NCBI GenBank assembly: GCA_905236715.1
Contig: CAJOMQ010000001.1
Coordinates: 7,211-71,210, forward strand
Direction: 5' to 3'
From: an uncultured Bacilli bacterium
GTDB taxonomy: Bacteria; Bacillota_I; Bacilli_A; RFN20; CAG-826
Length of the DNA: 64,000 nt
Shown here: in pieces, positions 34,640-43,402 of the stretch
Position numbering within the stretch: position 1 is the stretch's first letter
Layout: each line of letters begins with the position of its first letter
Program-made: the position numbers and the translations under genes
Notes under the pieces: generated by a model
The model's input: the letters and a program-made list of their open reading frames with translations, nothing else
What the model was told of the DNA's origin: nothing
Databases searched by the model: none

Positions 34640-37474
34640 TTAATCAGCAGGCATAACAATGATTTTGATAGTCATTGTTGTCTCATCAACTTTGTCAGCT
34701 CTAACAAGAATGGTGTTACCTTCAAATGTTTGATATACATAATAGAAATATGTCATATTAGCAAATGTTCCATCACCATCAAAATTATATCCTAAAGCTG
34801 TCCATGTTCCATAAGCCCATGTGCCGTCACCTTGTGTTAATACATAATTAACATACCAACCAAAATAACTAACGGAATCTTCATAAACGACTGTTACAAT
34901 ACCATCATCACCAGTGGTTGTAGTAACTGGATCAGCATCCACAATGGAGGTGAAATATGGTGTTAAATATTCGGCAACAGCGGCAGGACTCCAAGCTTTA
35001 ACATCAATCACATCTTGCGCTGCTTTAGCATCGTTAACATATAATGTTAATTGAACTAATTTAGTTGTTTTGTTATATTGAACAACAACGAATTCACCAG
35101 TTGTAGCGTTATAAAGACCAACTGTTTGCAAGAATTCTTTTACAACATAGTTAGCGGTTCCTAAAGCTTCATAGTAGCCATTAACGATAGTCTCGATGTT
35201 ATCACTGTCACCATAGGTGGCGGTGATAGTGTAGATTAAGGTCATGCCATATTCTTCATAATCATCGTCAAAGGTTCCTTCGTTACCCCAGTTAACTAGA
35301 TAATTGGAAGCACCAGCTAATTCTGGTAAAGCACTAGCGAAATCATAAGATGTACCAGTTAAATCACTGGCTTTAGATTTGGCTCTATCAACATATTCCG
35401 CTTTAGCGGCATCCCATGTAGCGAAACTAGCAGTGACATAAATGCCAGAGGCAACGGCATCATCACTCAAATTGTATAATTCGAAGAAAACAGTTGTATC
35501 AGTGGCTTTCGCATCGCTGAGAATGACAAATTCATTAGATGTGGCATTGAAATAACCATCAGTTCTTGTTGTATTGAAGGTTTTTGCTTCAAATCCATTA
35601 TCGAGTAAGAGTGTTTTTAAGCCGGCAACAAATGTTGTGGCATTTTCACCATCTGGCAAAGTATCTTTTAACACTAATGTGAATTCGTAATCAGTAAATT
35701 CACCTTTCTTTTCAAAGAGACTTTGGTAATAAGATTCGTAGTAGTAATCAAAGATAATTTGATCAACATATCCTTCAGGCATAGCTGGGATTTGAGAAGC
35801 GAAATCAGTTGTACCAAAGAAATCATTTACTCTAGCTTCATAGCCCGCTTTAACAACAGCGGCATCAGCATTGGTAATATTTGTGGATTCCCAAATACGG
35901 AAGAAAATATAAGCAGCTGGTTTAGCTTGTCCAGGAATTTCTCTTGAATCAACTTCAATGGTAAATCCTTCGAATGTATAAGTCGCAGCCCAACCGTTAT
36001 AGCCTAATTCTGTAGTAGCATCATGAGGTTTCACGGCTTCTTTAGTGCCTTCTGGTAATAATACAAGTGCTAAAGTGTCGATGATTTCATCATAAGCATA
36101 ATAATATCCACCATAAGTCCAATATTCTCTACCAAAATCAACATGTTCGATATTGATATCGTTTTTGTTTTTACCCATAGTAACATTTACTTCACCTAAA
36201 ATGCTCAAAGCAGTCCATGGGAAGGCTTTTGCAAAGAAGTCGACGTTAATTGTAGAAGAGGAACCTTGTTCGATGGTTAAAACAGCTTCCACTTTACTTG
36301 CTGCATCAACTAATTTGTAAGCATATTCATTTTTGTCACTATCTGTGTTGACTGTATCAAGACTCCATCCGTCTGTTAAGGCATTAGCTTTTGTCACGAC
36401 AGAAGTAATTGCATCATTGAAATTACCGGCTTTGACGTTAATTGTGGCTTCAAAAGCGCCGAAATCTTTGGCGTCTTTAGCAGGAATAGCAGCGATTTGC
36501 CATGAAGCAAAATTATTAATATCACCGTGGAAATAAGAATCATCCGCGAGATAAGAAATGAGGTTTGGATTATCATCGATACCGATATTTGGTAAAGCGG
36601 TTTCTAATCCTTCAGCAGCGATATCAATAACATCTTCCCATTTATCTAAGACTAAGGTGCTACCTTCATCGATATCAAACCATTCATCATCAAGGATCAT
36701 GCCTAAGCCACCTTCACTGAGAGAGTAGAAGAAGTGAGCATCTAAAGAAATGACATCACCAACATCAGCATCAGCAAAGCATTCTTCTAAGAATTCAAAA
36801 GTTTCATCAGCTAATTCGCCAGGAACTTTGACAAACATTGGACAAGTGTTATCAAGATCATCCAAGTCTAATTGTTCACCAGGGAATGTCACATAGAAAG
36901 ATGTGGCTTCTCCAGCGGCTAATTTGTCCGCTTCTGGTAATGATGCTAATTGGAAATCAACACCATAGAACGGGAAAGCGGAAAACGTTTTATTAAATTG
37001 GTTTTCGTAATAATATCTGTTGACATAACTTGACCAGGTGTAAACGCTACCAGCGCCTGCTTCTTCTAATGTCACTTCAGCTTCATCAACGAAAACACGA
37101 CCATCTTCAGAAGCTACTTTACCTTTAACGGTGACAACATCTTTATAAGCGAAATCGCCAGCTTCTTTTTGATGTATTTCAACACCTGTTAAATCAGAAT
37201 AATATTCAACGTCTGTTTCATTAACAAAGAGGACATTTCCATATCTTCCAGAAACAGCAGCGCCAGAGAATTCAACATATTGTCCATCTAATGTATAAGA
37301 TCCATCGGATTCAATTTGATTAATTTGACCCGCTGTCACTTTTTTGTAGACAATTGTTTCTTCTCCAGAACTTGATTCATCACTCTGACTATTACTAGGT
37401 GTTTTATTTCCACAGCTAGCGACCATCGCGACTACTGCGGAGCAAGCTAGAATTTTCAGTAAGTTCTTTTTCAT
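34640..37474 (-). CDS. Very large (944 aa) acidic surface lipoprotein with internal divergent repeats
   Basis: The start at 37474 (MKKNLLKILACSAVVAMVASCGNK, lipobox VASC) follows an aggag SD. Ser-rich linker. Repeated modules share DFAS-x-(I/L)P and G(Y/L)(F/Y)NAT(S/T)-x-EFV(I/V). Confidence 0.7.
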   Translation of the reverse strand: MKKNLLKILACSAVVAMVASCGNKTPSNSQSDESSSGEETIVYKKVTAGQINQIESDGSYTLDGQYVEFSGAAVSGRYGNVLFVNETDVEYYSDLTGVEIHQKEAGDFAYKDVVTVKGKVASEDGRVFVDEAEVTLEEAGAGSVYTWSSYVNRYYYENQFNKTFSAFPFYGVDFQLASLPEADKLAAGEATSFYVTFPGEQLDLDDLDNTCPMFVKVPGELADETFEFLEECFADADVGDVISLDAHFFYSLSEGGLGMILDDEWFDIDEGSTLVLDKWEDVIDIAAEGLETALPNIGIDDNPNLISYLADDSYFHGDINNFASWQIAAIPAKDAKDFGAFEATINVKAGNFNDAITSVVTKANALTDGWSLDTVNTDSDKNEYAYKLVDAASKVEAVLTIEQGSSSTINVDFFAKAFPWTALSILGEVNVTMGKNKNDINIEHVDFGREYWTYGGYYYAYDEIIDTLALVLLPEGTKEAVKPHDATTELGYNGWAATYTFEGFTIEVDSREIPGQAKPAAYIFFRIWESTNITNADAAVVKAGYEARVNDFFGTTDFASQIPAMPEGYVDQIIFDYYYESYYQSLFEKKGEFTDYEFTLVLKDTLPDGENATTFVAGLKTLLLDNGFEAKTFNTTRTDGYFNATSNEFVILSDAKATDTTVFFELYNLSDDAVASGIYVTASFATWDAAKAEYVDRAKSKASDLTGTSYDFASALPELAGASNYLVNWGNEGTFDDDYEEYGMTLIYTITATYGDSDNIETIVNGYYEALGTANYVVKEFLQTVGLYNATTGEFVVVQYNKTTKLVQLTLYVNDAKAAQDVIDVKAWSPAAVAEYLTPYFTSIVDADPVTTTTGDDGIVTVVYEDSVSYFGWYVNYVLTQGDGTWAYGTWTALGYNFDGDGTFANMTYFYYVYQTFEGNTILVRADKVDETTMTIKIIVMPAD

Positions 37475-37568
37475 AAATATCTCCTTTCGCAAAAAATATA
37501 GCTTGTCAAAAAGATATGCCAAAACGAAAATTCTTGCAACTATTTTTTATTGTAAATAATAAATAATG

Positions 37569-38855
37569 TTATTTTTGTATTTTTCCTCTCAATGATTTAG
37601 GGAGGTGGTTTTTAATTACACTGATATCACATTTTGTGATATCAACATTGATATTTTCGTATTGTAATAAAACATTTCCTTTCGGGCATGATGTTCTAAT
37701 GATATTTCCAGTAAAATATTGCTCTAATTCGGTGAAATTTAAAGAAAAAGCAGGTGAAAAGGTATCAACAAAATGAGAATAATGGTAATCATATTTGATG
37801 TCGTTATGAATTAATTCACCAATTTTAACACCTGTTCTGATGATGGATAGCCCTTTATTTTTAAATGCCTTTTGAAAGCCAAATAGGGTATTTCCGTATT
37901 TTTCTACATACGTGCACAAACAATCTATATTTTTATTTTGATTATTTTTTGTTGGTCCATTTTCTTCTTTGTTTTCTTTTAAAATTCCTGGCTTTTTGAT
38001 TAAACAAATATAATGTCCCTCCCCAGGAAAAATAGAAGGTAATAAATGAACACCAATTGGTTGCTTTTTATTTTTATAAAATAATGGGGAATGATTAATC
38101 GGGCTTAATTGTGCATCGGTATTAAACAATAAATGGGTAATAACATCTTCATCTTCCTCCTCCGAAAAAGAACATGTGCTATAAACCATCGTGCCACCCG
38201 GTTTTAACATTTGATAAGCGATTAAAACCAATTGTTTTTGTTCTTGTTGATATTTCAAAACTTTGTTGTATGACCAATCTGATAACATCTTTTCTTCTTT
38301 GCGGAACATCCCTGATCCTGAACAAGGAGCGTCCACGATAATCTTGTCAAAATAAGAAAGATAATTTTTGTATATCTTAGCAAAATCATTATTGGTGATG
38401 ACTAAATTACCTAAACCCAATCTTTCTACATTTTCTAATATCGCCATCGCTCTGGAATGAGAAATATCATTAGATATAATCACACCTTTATTGTGCATCA
38501 AAAAAGAAGCTTGGACACTTTTCCCTCCCGGTGCGGCGCATAAATCTAAAACCGTGTCATTATCTTTTGGTGATAACAAATAACTTGGAATCATCGCGGA
38601 TGGTTCTTGTAAATAATAACAACCTAAAGTTTGATAAATGGATTTACCAAGTTGATATTCATTTTTGTCATAAATATAGGCATGTGGCACAATTGGATGC
38701 GGAGTAACATGAGGAAATAAAGAAAGAAATCTATCATCGCTCATCTTTCTTTCATTTAATAGCACTGCATGTTTAGCGTCATCATTTAAACTTTCTAGAA
38801 GTTGGTCAATTTCATCTTGATTTAAATATGATTTTAAATGTTCCGCAAAATCCAT
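37569..38855 (-). CDS. rRNA (cytosine-C5) methyltransferase, RsmB/RsmF (NOL1/NOP2/Sun) family
   Basis: DLCAAPGGKS SAM motif, DAPCSGSGMFRK and YSTCSF catalytic Cys motifs. Confidence 0.88.
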   Translation of the reverse strand: MDFAEHLKSYLNQDEIDQLLESLNDDAKHAVLLNERKMSDDRFLSLFPHVTPHPIVPHAYIYDKNEYQLGKSIYQTLGCYYLQEPSAMIPSYLLSPKDNDTVLDLCAAPGGKSVQASFLMHNKGVIISNDISHSRAMAILENVERLGLGNLVITNNDFAKIYKNYLSYFDKIIVDAPCSGSGMFRKEEKMLSDWSYNKVLKYQQEQKQLVLIAYQMLKPGGTMVYSTCSFSEEEDEDVITHLLFNTDAQLSPINHSPLFYKNKKQPIGVHLLPSIFPGEGHYICLIKKPGILKENKEENGPTKNNQNKNIDCLCTYVEKYGNTLFGFQKAFKNKGLSIIRTGVKIGELIHNDIKYDYHYSHFVDTFSPAFSLNFTELEQYFTGNIIRTSCPKGNVLLQYENINVDITKCDISVIKNHLPKSLRGKIQK

Positions 38856-38939
38856 ATCTCTATTTTATAGAGTTTTCGTGAAAAATGGTATGTTTATTAA
38901 TTGTTATTATGTTAAAATCATTTGTTGAGGTATTGAACT

Positions 38940-40244
38940 ATGAGAATGGTGGATCTAATTATCAAAAAAAGAGAAGGTCATGCCTTAAGCGATGAAGAAA
39001 TTCGCTTTTGGATCGATGGCTATGCTAAAGGAGAAATCCCTGATTATCAATCAAGCGCGATGCAAATGGCGATTGTTTTCCGTGGTATGAATAAAAGAGA
39101 GGTTTCTACTTTAACTGATGCCATGGAACATTCTGGCGAAGTATTAGATTTATCTAATTTAAAAGGCGTTAAAGTTGATAAACATTCCACCGGTGGAGTT
39201 GGCGATAAGACATCCCTTGTTTTAGGACCCATGGTCGCCGCTTGCGGCGCTACCGTAGCCAAATTATCTGGTCGTGGCTTAGGTCATACTGGTGGCACCT
39301 TAGATAAATTAGAATCCATTCCTGGCATGTCCATCAATATCGAAGGCAAAAGATTTGAAGAACAAGTCAACCGCATTGGTTTAGCAATTGCGGGTCAAAC
39401 CGCACATTTAGTTCCTGCTGATAAGAAGATGTACGCTCTTAGAGATGTTACAGGAACCGTAGAATCCATTCCTTTAATTGCCGCCAGTGTCATGTCAAAG
39501 AAATTAGCGTCAGGTTGTGATGCCATCTTATTAGATGTCACTGTGGGTGAAGGCGCTTTTATGAAGAATATGGAAAGCGCTCGTGAATTAGCCAAAATCA
39601 TGGTGGATATTGGTAATGGTCTAGGAAGAGATACTCGTGCTGTTTTATCCGATATGGGTGAACCTTTGGGATATGCAGTTGGTAATTCTTTAGAAGTCAA
39701 AGAAGCCATTGAAGCTTTACATGGTCGTGGGCCCAAAGATTTAATGGAATTATGTTATACCTCTGGTAGCATTATGCTTGTCCAAGCCAAATGCGCGATT
39801 GATATGAATGATGGTAGAAAGAAATTAGAAGAAGCGATTTCTTCTGGTGCCGCTTTTGAAAAATTCCTCTTAATGGTGGAAGCTCAAGGTGGCGATACCA
39901 GTTATATCCTACATCCGGAAAAATTCCCCGTGGCGTCACGTATCATACCAATCTATGCTGAAGAAGAAGGATATGTCCATAAATTAAATGCTTTAGAAAT
40001 TGGTGTTTCTTCCATGAAACTCGGTGGTGGAAGAGAGACTTTAGAAGATACAATTGACATGTCCGCCGGTATTGTTTTGAATAAGAAAATTGGTGATCAT
40101 GTGAATAAAGGCGAATTATTATGTACTGCCTACACAAATAAAGAAGACATCGATGATATTTTGTTAGATATCAAAAATGCCTATGTTATTAAAGAAGAAT
40201 TTGCTTTAGAACAACCAGTCATTAAAGAAATCATTCAAAAATAA
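38940..40244 (+). CDS. pdp: Pyrimidine-nucleoside phosphorylase
   Basis: KHSTGGVGDK, SGRGLGHTGGTLDKLE. 434 aa. Confidence 0.95.
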   Translation: MRMVDLIIKKREGHALSDEEIRFWIDGYAKGEIPDYQSSAMQMAIVFRGMNKREVSTLTDAMEHSGEVLDLSNLKGVKVDKHSTGGVGDKTSLVLGPMVAACGATVAKLSGRGLGHTGGTLDKLESIPGMSINIEGKRFEEQVNRIGLAIAGQTAHLVPADKKMYALRDVTGTVESIPLIAASVMSKKLASGCDAILLDVTVGEGAFMKNMESARELAKIMVDIGNGLGRDTRAVLSDMGEPLGYAVGNSLEVKEAIEALHGRGPKDLMELCYTSGSIMLVQAKCAIDMNDGRKKLEEAISSGAAFEKFLLMVEAQGGDTSYILHPEKFPVASRIIPIYAEEEGYVHKLNALEIGVSSMKLGGGRETLEDTIDMSAGIVLNKKIGDHVNKGELLCTAYTNKEDIDDILLDIKNAYVIKEEFALEQPVIKEIIQK

Positions 40245-40259
40245 CTTAAATAGAGCATA

Positions 40260-40285
40260 GGGGTTGAATATTCAACCCTTTTTTC
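40260..40285 (+). terminator. Intrinsic terminator after pdp
   Basis: Palindrome gggttgaat/attcaaccc followed by TTTTTT. Confidence 0.8.
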
Positions 40286-40298
40286 TTATTATTTAATC

Positions 40299-41534
40299 AT
40301 GCAGAAACCATTAGCAGATTTATTAAGACCACAAAATTTAGATGAAATGGTGGGACAATCTCATCTACTTTCTCCCAATGCTTTATTCCGTAAAGTCATT
40401 GAATCGGGAAAGATTTCTAATATGATTTTTTATGGTCCTCCGGGAACGGGTAAAACGACCGCTGCGAAAATCATTGCCCAAAAGGCCAATATGTCTTTAT
40501 ATCAATTAAATGGGACAACGGCTTCTATAGAAGATATCAAAAAAATTATTGCTGACGTTAATAGTGTATTTACCACGAATGGTATTTTGTTATATCTAGA
40601 TGAGATTCAATATCTCAATAAAAAACAACAACAATCTCTTCTAGAATTTGTGGAATCAGGAGATATCACTTTAATTGCGAGTACGACCGAAAATCCCTAT
40701 TTTTATATCTATCCCGCTTTATTATCGCGTTGCACGGTTTTTGAATTTAAATCTATTAGCGCCAAAGAAATTGAAAAAGGTCTGTTAAGAGCGGCCAAAA
40801 CTCTTAAAATCACCATCAAAGAAGACGCTCTTACCCAATTAGCGTTAGGCGCTAATGGGGATATGCGTAAAGCTTTGAATAATTTAGAATTTATCGCTCA
40901 TTCCTTAAAAGGAAAGAAAACAATTAATCTCTCATTAGTTAATGAATTAATCGATAAAGCTAATATCAATTATGATAAAAGCGAAGATCGTCATTTCGAT
41001 AATCTTTCCGCTTTTATGAAATCTTTAAGAGGAAGCGATCCCGATGCGGCTTTATTTTATTTAGCCAAGATGTTAGAAGCCGGTGATTTAATCGCCGCTT
41101 GTCGAAGATTATTATGTTCCGCTAACGAAGATGTAGGGATGGCTTATCCACAAATTATTCCTATCGTGAAAGCCGCCGTTGATAGTGCTCTACAATTAGG
41201 TATGCCTGAAGCACGTTTACCTTTAGCTAACGCCACGATATTAATTGCTACTGCTCCTAAATCAAATTCAGGAGTCTTAGCAATTGACGCCGCTATTAGT
41301 GATGTGAAAGCAGGCAAAGGAATTAATGTTCCACGTACTTTACAAAATACCCATTATGATGGCGAAGATGCCAACGTTAAGGGACAAAATTATCTCTATC
41401 CACACAATTATTCTCATCACTGGGTCAAACAACAATATCTACCCGATGATATCAAACAAGCGAAATATTATGTCTATGGCGACAATAAATATGAAAAAGC
41501 TTTAGAAGAATATTGGGAGAAAATAAAGAAATAA
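40299..41534 (+). CDS. rarA: Replication-associated recombination protein A (MgsA/RarA AAA+ ATPase)
   Basis: GPPGTGKTT, LYLDEIQYLNK, and the MgsA C-terminal domain (HYDGEDA..YLYPH). Confidence 0.93.
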   Translation: MQKPLADLLRPQNLDEMVGQSHLLSPNALFRKVIESGKISNMIFYGPPGTGKTTAAKIIAQKANMSLYQLNGTTASIEDIKKIIADVNSVFTTNGILLYLDEIQYLNKKQQQSLLEFVESGDITLIASTTENPYFYIYPALLSRCTVFEFKSISAKEIEKGLLRAAKTLKITIKEDALTQLALGANGDMRKALNNLEFIAHSLKGKKTINLSLVNELIDKANINYDKSEDRHFDNLSAFMKSLRGSDPDAALFYLAKMLEAGDLIAACRRLLCSANEDVGMAYPQIIPIVKAAVDSALQLGMPEARLPLANATILIATAPKSNSGVLAIDAAISDVKAGKGINVPRTLQNTHYDGEDANVKGQNYLYPHNYSHHWVKQQYLPDDIKQAKYYVYGDNKYEKALEEYWEKIKK

Positions 41535-41535
41535 T

Positions 41536-41991
41536 ATGCGTATTGTTTTAACTACGGTCAAAGAAGCTAAAGTCGAAATAGAACAAAAGGTCGTTGCCCA
41601 AATAAATCGTGGCTATCTTTTACTAGTGGGCTTTACCCAAGGTGACAATCAAGAAATAGTCACCAAAATGGTGGATAAGTTGTTATCATTACGTGTTTTC
41701 CCCGATGAAAATGGTAAAACCAATTTATCTTTACAAGATATTAACGGAGAAATATGTTCTGTTTCTCAATTCACTTTATACGCGGATGTACAAAAAGGCA
41801 GAAGACCATCTTTTGTGGACGCTTTAGATCCAAAATCAGCGAACGAATTATATAATTTCTTCAATCAATATTTAGAACAATCTTTTGGTAAACCAATCCC
41901 CAAAGGTGTCTTTGGTGCCGATATGAAAGTCTTTTCCATTAACGATGGTCCCTTTACCCTACTATTAGATAGTAAGGAGATAGTGAAATGA
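41536..41991 (+). CDS. dtd: D-aminoacyl-tRNA deacylase
   Basis: SQFTLYAD, GVFGADM and NDGPFT motifs. Confidence 0.93.
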   Translation: MRIVLTTVKEAKVEIEQKVVAQINRGYLLLVGFTQGDNQEIVTKMVDKLLSLRVFPDENGKTNLSLQDINGEICSVSQFTLYADVQKGRRPSFVDALDPKSANELYNFFNQYLEQSFGKPIPKGVFGADMKVFSINDGPFTLLLDSKEIVK

Positions 41992-43118
41992 AAATCCTTG
42001 TCGGTCTATCTGGTGGTGTTGATAGCGCCGTTGCGGCCTATTTATTAAAGAAGCAAGGTCATGATGTTACTGGCTGTTTTATGCGTAACTGGGATGCTTT
42101 GGCTAACGGTGATTATCTGGGTAATCCCACAATTAACAATAGCCAATGCCCACAAGAAAAAGATTATGATGACGCTGTCGCAGTGGCCAATAAATTAGGA
42201 ATTAAATTATTAAGACATGATTATATAAAGGAATATTGGGATAATGTTTTTTCTTATTTAATTAGAGAATATGAAGCTGGAAGAACCCCTAATCCCGATA
42301 TTTTCTGCAATAAGTATGTGAAATTTGGCCCATTCCTAGATTTTGCTAAAGAACAAGGATTTGATATGATTGCCATGGGTCATTACGCTGAGCGTATAGA
42401 AAAAGATGGAAAGGTTTATCTATGTAAATCCTTTGACCAAAATAAAGATCAAACCTATTTCTTAAGTCAAATTGACCAAAGACAAGTATCTTCTTGCTTA
42501 TTTCCATTAGGAGATATTAATAAATCCGAAGTGAGAAGAATTGCTCATGAACTCGATTTAGAATCGGTGATGGATAAAAAAGATAGCACCGGTATCTGCT
42601 TTATTGGGGAAAGAAATTTCCGTGAATTCTTAAAGAATTATATCCCCGCACAAAAAGGCGATATTGTCGATATAGAAACTGGTCGCATTATCGGTCATCA
42701 TAACGGCGCTATGTATTATACAATTGGTCAAAGAAGAGGTTTAGGTATCGGTGGAATATCTGGCGAAGAGGCCAAAGGCTGGTTTATTGCCAAAAAAGAT
42801 GTCAAAAAGAATATTCTTTATGTCGCTAGTGGCGATGAAAATGATTATTTAATGTCGGATTCTTGCACTGTTGATAATTTAAATTGGATAACAGATAAAC
42901 CGAAAGAAGGACAACATCTTTCTGCCAAATTCCGTTATCGGCAAGAAGATAAAGGTGTCATAATTCATTTTATTGATGAAAATCATATTAAACTCATCTT
43001 TGATGAGCCATATAAAGCGGTCACTCCTGGCCAAGCTGCCGTGTTATATGATGGAGAAATATGTTTAGGTGGCGGATTAATTCTCCATACTTATAAAAAA
43101 GAGCAACAAACGGATTAA
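41988..43118 (+). CDS. mnmA: tRNA 2-thiouridine(34) synthase
   Basis: SGGVDSAV PP-loop, PNPDIFCN, DQTYFL and CFIGE motifs. Confidence 0.95.
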   Translation: MKILVGLSGGVDSAVAAYLLKKQGHDVTGCFMRNWDALANGDYLGNPTINNSQCPQEKDYDDAVAVANKLGIKLLRHDYIKEYWDNVFSYLIREYEAGRTPNPDIFCNKYVKFGPFLDFAKEQGFDMIAMGHYAERIEKDGKVYLCKSFDQNKDQTYFLSQIDQRQVSSCLFPLGDINKSEVRRIAHELDLESVMDKKDSTGICFIGERNFREFLKNYIPAQKGDIVDIETGRIIGHHNGAMYYTIGQRRGLGIGGISGEEAKGWFIAKKDVKKNILYVASGDENDYLMSDSCTVDNLNWITDKPKEGQHLSAKFRYRQEDKGVIIHFIDENHIKLIFDEPYKAVTPGQAAVLYDGEICLGGGLILHTYKKEQQTD

Positions 43119-43133
43119 TTCCGTTTTTTTGTT
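43108..43133 (+). terminator. Intrinsic terminator overlapping the mnmA stop codon
   Basis: aaacgga-ttaat-tccgttt followed by a T-run. Confidence 0.75.
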
Positions 43134-43194
43134 TTCTTTATCTTTTATTTAATACATTAATGTGATACATTACTTACGCAGGAAAATAAATTCA

Positions 43195-43385
43195 TTAACT
43201 AGTATTAGCGAGTGTCGGTGGGTGTAAAGGACATAACCAAGTGATGAATTAGCCACTTCCCAAGATTCGGGCAATGCCGACGTGTGATTAGCGATATTAA
43301 TCATAATTAAGAGCATCCATAATAGTGGATGAATTAGGATGGTAACGCGGTATTAATCGTTCCTAAAGGGAACGTTTTCTTATAT
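43195..43385 (+). promoter_or_regulatory. T-box riboswitch leader of alaS
   Basis: T-box sequence aggatggtaacgcgg (43336-43350) matches the consensus AGGGUGGNACCGCG at 12 of 14 positions. Its UGGU is complementary to the tRNA ACCA end. A terminator cgttcct-aaa-gggaacg plus TTTTCTT follows at 43358-43380. The Stem I base pairs gtcgg (43214-43218) with ccgac (43277-43281), with GA/K-turn-like flanks. Alanine codons GCC-A (43252) and GCA-A (43271) are candidate specifiers. Confidence 0.8.
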
Positions 43386-43402
43386 TTAGGAGGAAAAAAA
43401 CG

